This document shows positions 59,446 through 64,000 of a DNA stretch of 64,000 bases, one piece after another; the stretch's first letter is position 1, and the number at the start of each line of letters is the position of its first letter. The position numbers and the translations under genes were made by a program. The DNA is from Candidatus Freyarchaeum deiterrae (lineage in GTDB: Archaea; Asgardarchaeota; Jordiarchaeia; Jordiarchaeales; Jordiarchaeaceae): NCBI GenBank assembly GCA_037305845.1, contig CP147778.1, forward strand, positions 3,072,001-3,136,000. Reading direction: 5' to 3'. Under the pieces are notes generated by a model that ran no database searches, was not told where the DNA came from, and worked only from the letters and a program-made list of their open reading frames with translations.

Positions 59446-60150
59446 GTGTCAGAATTAAAATTGTCCGATTTTAAAATGTTTGAAAAGCCCCCGTACGAAA
59501 TACCTCCTCCCAGACCCCTCACAGAGATTATTATAAGCGGGGTAAGAGAAATAGAAAAAACGTACGGCCCCGTATTCACCACCAGATTCATAAAGCACGC
59601 TCTAGAGTTCGAAGCCAAAAAAATCGGGGAGAACCCACCCGAAGACATCAAAACTCTAAACGATTTGTTAGAGTATCTAGTTTCAAAATCCGATAAGTAT
59701 CCTACTCCTTACTGCACAACCATATATGCGCAGTATAAGGCTGAAAACGAGTTCCAAGGAAAAGCTGGAGCAGGGACTCGGATTGGGCATTTAGGTGCTG
59801 CCAGAAGCATGTCTGAAGCCCTAAGTGTTAAAGACAGGAAAATTGATGTGGACGGCTCTCTATCAAAGTTAAGCCAGATCCTGATTTCGATGAATTTCAG
59901 TCCCCGCGAATGGGGATATAAGAAAAATGCAGATGGAAGTGTAGACTTACTCTGGCCAAAGTGTCACTACTTTGACGGGTGTCGATCGGCTTTCGATGAG
60001 GACTTGCTTAAACGACCAGACGGCAGATTGCAATGTGTTGCCGCCTTTGCAGTGAGTCACTATCTTAAACTGGCTACGGGTTATGAATGGGACTATGAAG
60101 TCCTGAAAAATTATGGACCACATTGTATAGCGAGGTCTTACATGTTCTGA
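59446..60150 (+). CDS. Stand-alone V4R-like protein, paralog B
   Basis: Collinear paralog of 56400..57104 including flanks. Confidence 0.7.
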   Translation: MSELKLSDFKMFEKPPYEIPPPRPLTEIIISGVREIEKTYGPVFTTRFIKHALEFEAKKIGENPPEDIKTLNDLLEYLVSKSDKYPTPYCTTIYAQYKAENEFQGKAGAGTRIGHLGAARSMSEALSVKDRKIDVDGSLSKLSQILISMNFSPREWGYKKNADGSVDLLWPKCHYFDGCRSAFDEDLLKRPDGRLQCVAAFAVSHYLKLATGYEWDYEVLKNYGPHCIARSYMF

Positions 60151-60410
60151 GCATCCATTCAAAGAAAGGCTTTCGAAGAAAGTTCAACACAAAAACCAAA
60201 ATATTTTTTTATTTTTTTGGATCATTTTCCCAAAGCTAATTTTCACCTAGGTTTACAGAGCTGCTACTATGTCGTTTAAATTTAAGATAGCTGGTCGTGC
60301 AGTTAAGGTTAAATAATTTTTAACTTAACTTTCTGAGACTTTTTTTGAGGTATTTTTTCTTTGTAAACAAAGTTGGGGTAAGCGTGGTTAAAAACCATTC
60401 TAGACTTTTT

Positions 60411-61037
60411 TTAATCGATTAGCACGAGGGCTGTGAGATTCATCGACTCTTTTGTTCCCCACTGTATTTTGAAGCCGGCGTTTTCCGCGGTTTTTGAAAC
60501 ATCTATTCCCACGGCTTCCATCGATGGTCTGGCTTCCCATGGGTGTTTACAGAGGTTTTTGGGGTCGCATTTTTCGCATAGTCTGCAGTGTCCCGATGTT
60601 AGTCCCAGTGCGAAGTGGTATCCTCTTTTGAAGGCTTCTCTCTCGAGTGCGGATATTATTTTGTTGGTTTCTGCTCCTTCTATCCATACGCCCTTTTTTA
60701 AAAGAAGTTCTACGAATTTTTCATCTTTGTACAGATCTGGGAGAGTTGTCTCCTCGTTTTTGATGTATTTTTGTACCTCTTTGTCTATGGTTTTATCTAC
60801 TTGGAAAATTATGGCGTACTTGTATTTTTCGAGGATTTCTCTGAATTCCTTAGCGGTTAGTGTATAGGGTGGGCACATCAGGCTTCTCCCGTAATTGATG
60901 CAGGGTGGGTATCTGCATTTTAACTGTACTCTCTCATCCACAACGATTGAGCCGATATCAATTATCTTGGCTCTTGACGCTCCTTCTTTTACTGCTAGTT
61001 CACGGATTTCTTCCATGTCGTTTTCGATTTTTAACAA
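60411..61037 (-). CDS. DUF2284-like Cys-rich metal-binding protein
   Basis: C..YG....CPP, C.LC..C....C......RPSMEAVGIDV. Confidence 0.85.
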   Translation of the reverse strand: MLKIENDMEEIRELAVKEGASRAKIIDIGSIVVDERVQLKCRYPPCINYGRSLMCPPYTLTAKEFREILEKYKYAIIFQVDKTIDKEVQKYIKNEETTLPDLYKDEKFVELLLKKGVWIEGAETNKIISALEREAFKRGYHFALGLTSGHCRLCEKCDPKNLCKHPWEARPSMEAVGIDVSKTAENAGFKIQWGTKESMNLTALVLID

Positions 61038-61137
61038 GTCGTGAAGGCTCCTTTCTTATTTGAAGTCTCTGCTGATTTCTGTCGCAATTTTTCGGGTTTA
61101 CTTTTTCTGATTAGACGAGAAATAATGAACTTATATA

Positions 61138-61563
61138 CTATTCGTAGAGTTCCTCCTCGCTGACCAGTTTGAATCCCTCATCTCTCAGTGCCTCCATAGC
61201 GGTTTCCATATCGTAAACCCTTAAAATCATGATTGCTTTCCCCTGCTTCATGGTGGTGTAAACATACTCTATATTTACGTTCTTTTCTCCCAAAACAGTC
61301 GCTATCTCATACAAGCCTCCAGGTTTATCCGCAGCCTCCACCGCTATAACATCAGTTTCCGAAACCAGAAACTCACTGGTCTTCAAAATTTTTAGGGTTT
61401 TATCCGGGTTGTCCACTATAATCCTAACAATTCCATAATCCGCGGTATCAGCAACTGTAAGAGCCCTCATATTTATTTCATTATCCAGCAGTATTTTAGT
61501 TAACTCCGCCAAGGTGCCCGGTCTATTCTGAAGAAAGACCGAAATCTGTTTGACCATCTTCAT
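61138..61563 (-). CDS. Tandem ACT domain protein
   Basis: QISVFLQNRPG, DTADYG, DKPGGL, NIEYVY; usual paaK neighbour. Confidence 0.92.
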   Translation of the reverse strand: MKMVKQISVFLQNRPGTLAELTKILLDNEINMRALTVADTADYGIVRIIVDNPDKTLKILKTSEFLVSETDVIAVEAADKPGGLYEIATVLGEKNVNIEYVYTTMKQGKAIMILRVYDMETAMEALRDEGFKLVSEEELYE

Positions 61564-61581
61564 CTATTCCTCCTTTATCAC

Positions 61582-62895
61582 CTAAACATTTTCTTTCCTC
61601 AAGTCTATAACCCTTTTCGCCTTACCCATAGATCTGGGAATCTTGCCAGGGGCAACCAGTTCAATATTAGCCTTCACTCTGAGCGTCTCGAACAACTCAT
61701 TTTCAACTTTTCTCTGGAAGTTCTCCAAGTCTTTGACTTCATCAGAAAATACTTCCGGAGTAACCTCAATCCTAACTGTTAAAATGTCTAGGATGTCTCG
61801 GTCAACCAATATCTGATAATTCTCACTGACACCCGGAATCCCCATCAGAATATGCTCTACCTGCGACGGATACACGTTTACTCCTCTAATAATCAGCATG
61901 TCGTCCGCTCTACCAGTAACTTTGCTCATTCTAGCCATTTCTCGTCCGCAGTTACACTTCTCATAGTCCAAAGATGTTATATCATTAGAAATGTACCTGA
62001 GTAAGGGAATTCCCTCCTTAGTTAGAGTAGTGAACGTAAGAACACCTTTCTCTCCGGGTGAAACCGGTTCCTTCGTATCGTTGTCAATAATCTCTGGAAT
62101 AACCAAATCCTCCCATATGTGTAATCCATTCTTCTCGGGGCATTCTACGGATACTCCTGGTCCGTAAATCTCGGAGAGTCCGTATATGTCGAAAGCATCG
62201 ATGTTTAAAGCTTCCTCGATTTTGTCTCTAAGAGTCTCTGAAGAGGGTTCCGCTCCAAAAATCCCTATACGTAGCTTGATATCTTTTGAAAAGTCAACCT
62301 TTTCCTGCTTAGCATACTCCGCTATGTAAAGGGAGTACGAGGGAGTGCAGGTAAGAATTGTTGAGCCGAAATCCTTCATCAACTTTATCTGAAGGGCTGT
62401 GTTTCCGCCAGAAATCGGAATAACCGCTGCACCAATCCTCTCACCGCCGTAATGGAATCCCAGACCACCCGTAAATAATCCGTAACCGTAAGCGTTCTGT
62501 AGAACGTCACCCTTGTGACCCCCAGCGCAAGTTATAGTGCGAGCCATCATCTCGGTCCAAGTCTCAATATCGTTACGAGTGTAACCTACAACGGTAGGCG
62601 ACCCACTGGTCCCTGAACTGGCATGCAGCCTAACAATCTCTTCCAAAGGCTTAGCAAACATTTTAAACGGATAGTTATCCCGGAGATCAGTTTTCAGAGT
62701 GAGGGGAATCTTTGCAATGTCCCCAACAGATTTAATATCTCCTGGCTTTATTCCTGCCTTCTTAAATTTCTGATTATAGAAAGGAACATTATCGTAACAG
62801 TATTTGACCATGTTCCTCAATCTCTTAGACTGGACCTCCTTAATTTCCTCTCTCGAAGACAATTCTACATCCTTATTCCAGTACAAGTAATCCAA
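61582..62895 (-). CDS. paaK: Phenylacetate-CoA ligase
   Basis: HASSGTSG, YGLFTGGLG, CTPSY, DIYGLSE, GRADDMLIIRGVNVYP, GKAKRV; TTG start 62895. Confidence 0.93.
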   Translation of the reverse strand: MDYLYWNKDVELSSREEIKEVQSKRLRNMVKYCYDNVPFYNQKFKKAGIKPGDIKSVGDIAKIPLTLKTDLRDNYPFKMFAKPLEEIVRLHASSGTSGSPTVVGYTRNDIETWTEMMARTITCAGGHKGDVLQNAYGYGLFTGGLGFHYGGERIGAAVIPISGGNTALQIKLMKDFGSTILTCTPSYSLYIAEYAKQEKVDFSKDIKLRIGIFGAEPSSETLRDKIEEALNIDAFDIYGLSEIYGPGVSVECPEKNGLHIWEDLVIPEIIDNDTKEPVSPGEKGVLTFTTLTKEGIPLLRYISNDITSLDYEKCNCGREMARMSKVTGRADDMLIIRGVNVYPSQVEHILMGIPGVSENYQILVDRDILDILTVRIEVTPEVFSDEVKDLENFQRKVENELFETLRVKANIELVAPGKIPRSMGKAKRVIDLRKENV

Positions 62896-63136
62896 GTGAA
62901 CACACCTTCCTAGCCAACTCCAAACTCGATAATAAATTATCACAGCCAAGATTTAAACTAGGAAAACCACATATAAATTCTCAAACTTATTTTTATTCCT
63001 TTTTACGCTCTCCACAAAGCATTTCTAAACATTAAGGAGCTCAAAAATAAAGAAATTCGACGCTTAATATTCATTGCACATATCAAAACCATAATTAAAA
63101 AGTTATGAATATTCTAAATTTAGGGAGGGTTTAAAA

Positions 63137-63568
63137 ATGTCAAACACGAGTCCAAATAGTAGAAGAAGAGAGCCGAAAAGAGATGAGAACTTGAGCTGGT
63201 TTGATAGAATCATCGAGGAAGGGATGAAAAAGGAAGAGGAGAATCAAAGAAGTGCGGATACATCCCGCTGGGAGTCTAGAGAGAGAGTCGAGAAAACGGT
63301 TGAGAACAAGGTTACTATTAAAGATAAAAACCCATACTGTGTATATTGCGGCACACAGATTCATGAGGGTGACAGATTCTGTCGAGTATGTGGTAACGTG
63401 ATTATGTATTGTACCCTCTGTAAAAGGTACCTCTTTTCGTGGGAAAATGTCTTAGAGTGCCCTAACTGCGGTGCGACGTGCCACAGAGATCATCTATTAG
63501 AATGGATTAAGGTGAAGGGGTGCTGCCCAAATTGCGAGAAAAGGTTGAACCAGTCAGAAGTCATCTAA
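63137..63568 (+). CDS. Zn-ribbon + RING-H2-like finger protein
   Basis: CxxC..CxxC then CxxC-x12-CPxC-x4-HxxH-LLEW-x6-CPxC. Confidence 0.8.
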   Translation: MSNTSPNSRRREPKRDENLSWFDRIIEEGMKKEEENQRSADTSRWESRERVEKTVENKVTIKDKNPYCVYCGTQIHEGDRFCRVCGNVIMYCTLCKRYLFSWENVLECPNCGATCHRDHLLEWIKVKGCCPNCEKRLNQSEVI

Positions 63569-63812
63569 ATTTTCTCTCTTTGAACAAGCAGTTATCCCTT
63601 TCAAAGATTTTTTGTTGAGGTAAAAATCCCTAGAAAACGAGGCGCAAGAGAATAAATTCAGACGGATTACTCTTTTTGAAAGCGTCAATAGGTAAAAAAA
63701 GGCTTCCAGAATGTAAACTCACCTCTTGTAAAACTTTAGCTGGTCACATGTCTTTCAATACGATAGAGACAATGTTTAAATCTTTTAACTTCGATTTTTA
63801 ACCAGACAAACA

Positions 63813-64000
63813 ATGCAGGAAGCTTGGAAAGTGAACAAATACGCAAAAATTGGTATAGCGTTAGCTATCATCGGCAGCGTTCTTGCAGTAATTGGCTTAA
63901 TTTCAGCAGTTTCTACATCAGCAAACACTTTTGCTTTTCTTACGTCTAACTCTCTTCCAATATTATTGCTTGGAATTATAGGATTATCACTCCTTATTAT
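63813..64000 (+). CDS. Membrane protein, 3' truncated by window
   Basis: Open hydrophobic frame NKYAKIGIALAIIGSVLAVIGLI...ILLLGIIGLSLLI; start 63813 or 63831. Confidence 0.6.
   Translation, partial: MQEAWKVNKYAKIGIALAIIGSVLAVIGLISAVSTSANTFAFLTSNSLPILLLGIIGLSLLI

Noticed and set aside
1-64000. tRNA, rRNA, CRISPR arrays, and selenocysteine/pyrrolysine read-through in the methyltransferase genes
   Set aside because: No cloverleaf, rRNA-like segment or regularly spaced repeats were seen by eye; the methyltransferase ORFs have no in-frame TAG/TGA. A covariance-model scan would be needed to exclude small RNAs

Overview
AT-rich archaeal chromosomal window. An Asgard archaeon is inferred (not verified) from group II chaperonins, tetraether synthase Tes, GGTGA/GGAGG ribosome-binding sites, an Asgard-type RING protein and several stand-alone V4R-like proteins. 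Most genes serve anaerobic CoA-dependent catabolism: acyl-CoA synthetases, acyl-CoA dehydrogenase, enoyl-CoA hydratases, MaoC pair, SCP2, thiolase-like protein, SDR, methylmalonyl-CoA mutase and phenylacetate-CoA ligase, plus a LeuC/D/B-like operon and a GlcD/HdrD-like pair. The standout is a ~13 kb divergent cluster (32416-45267). It holds a complete four-component corrinoid methyltransferase set (RACo activator, MtrH-like MT2, corrinoid protein, very divergent URO-D-fold MT1), interleaved with DsrEFH, a lipoyl-carrier GcvH-like protein, SCP2, a Zn-ribbon protein and two atypical thermosome genes. One of these encodes two complete chaperonin subunits fused in one 1081-aa ORF. Other oddities: a DUF35-mutase fusion, a thiolase lacking the nucleophilic Cys, an acyl-CoA ligase fused to an internally deleted FAD-oxidase, two local duplications that left only 3' stubs of enzyme genes, an IS110 remnant, decayed toxin-antitoxin genes and candidate ATA/ATT starts. 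No rRNA, tRNA or CRISPR array was recognised. All family assignments come from motif recognition by eye, not database searches.
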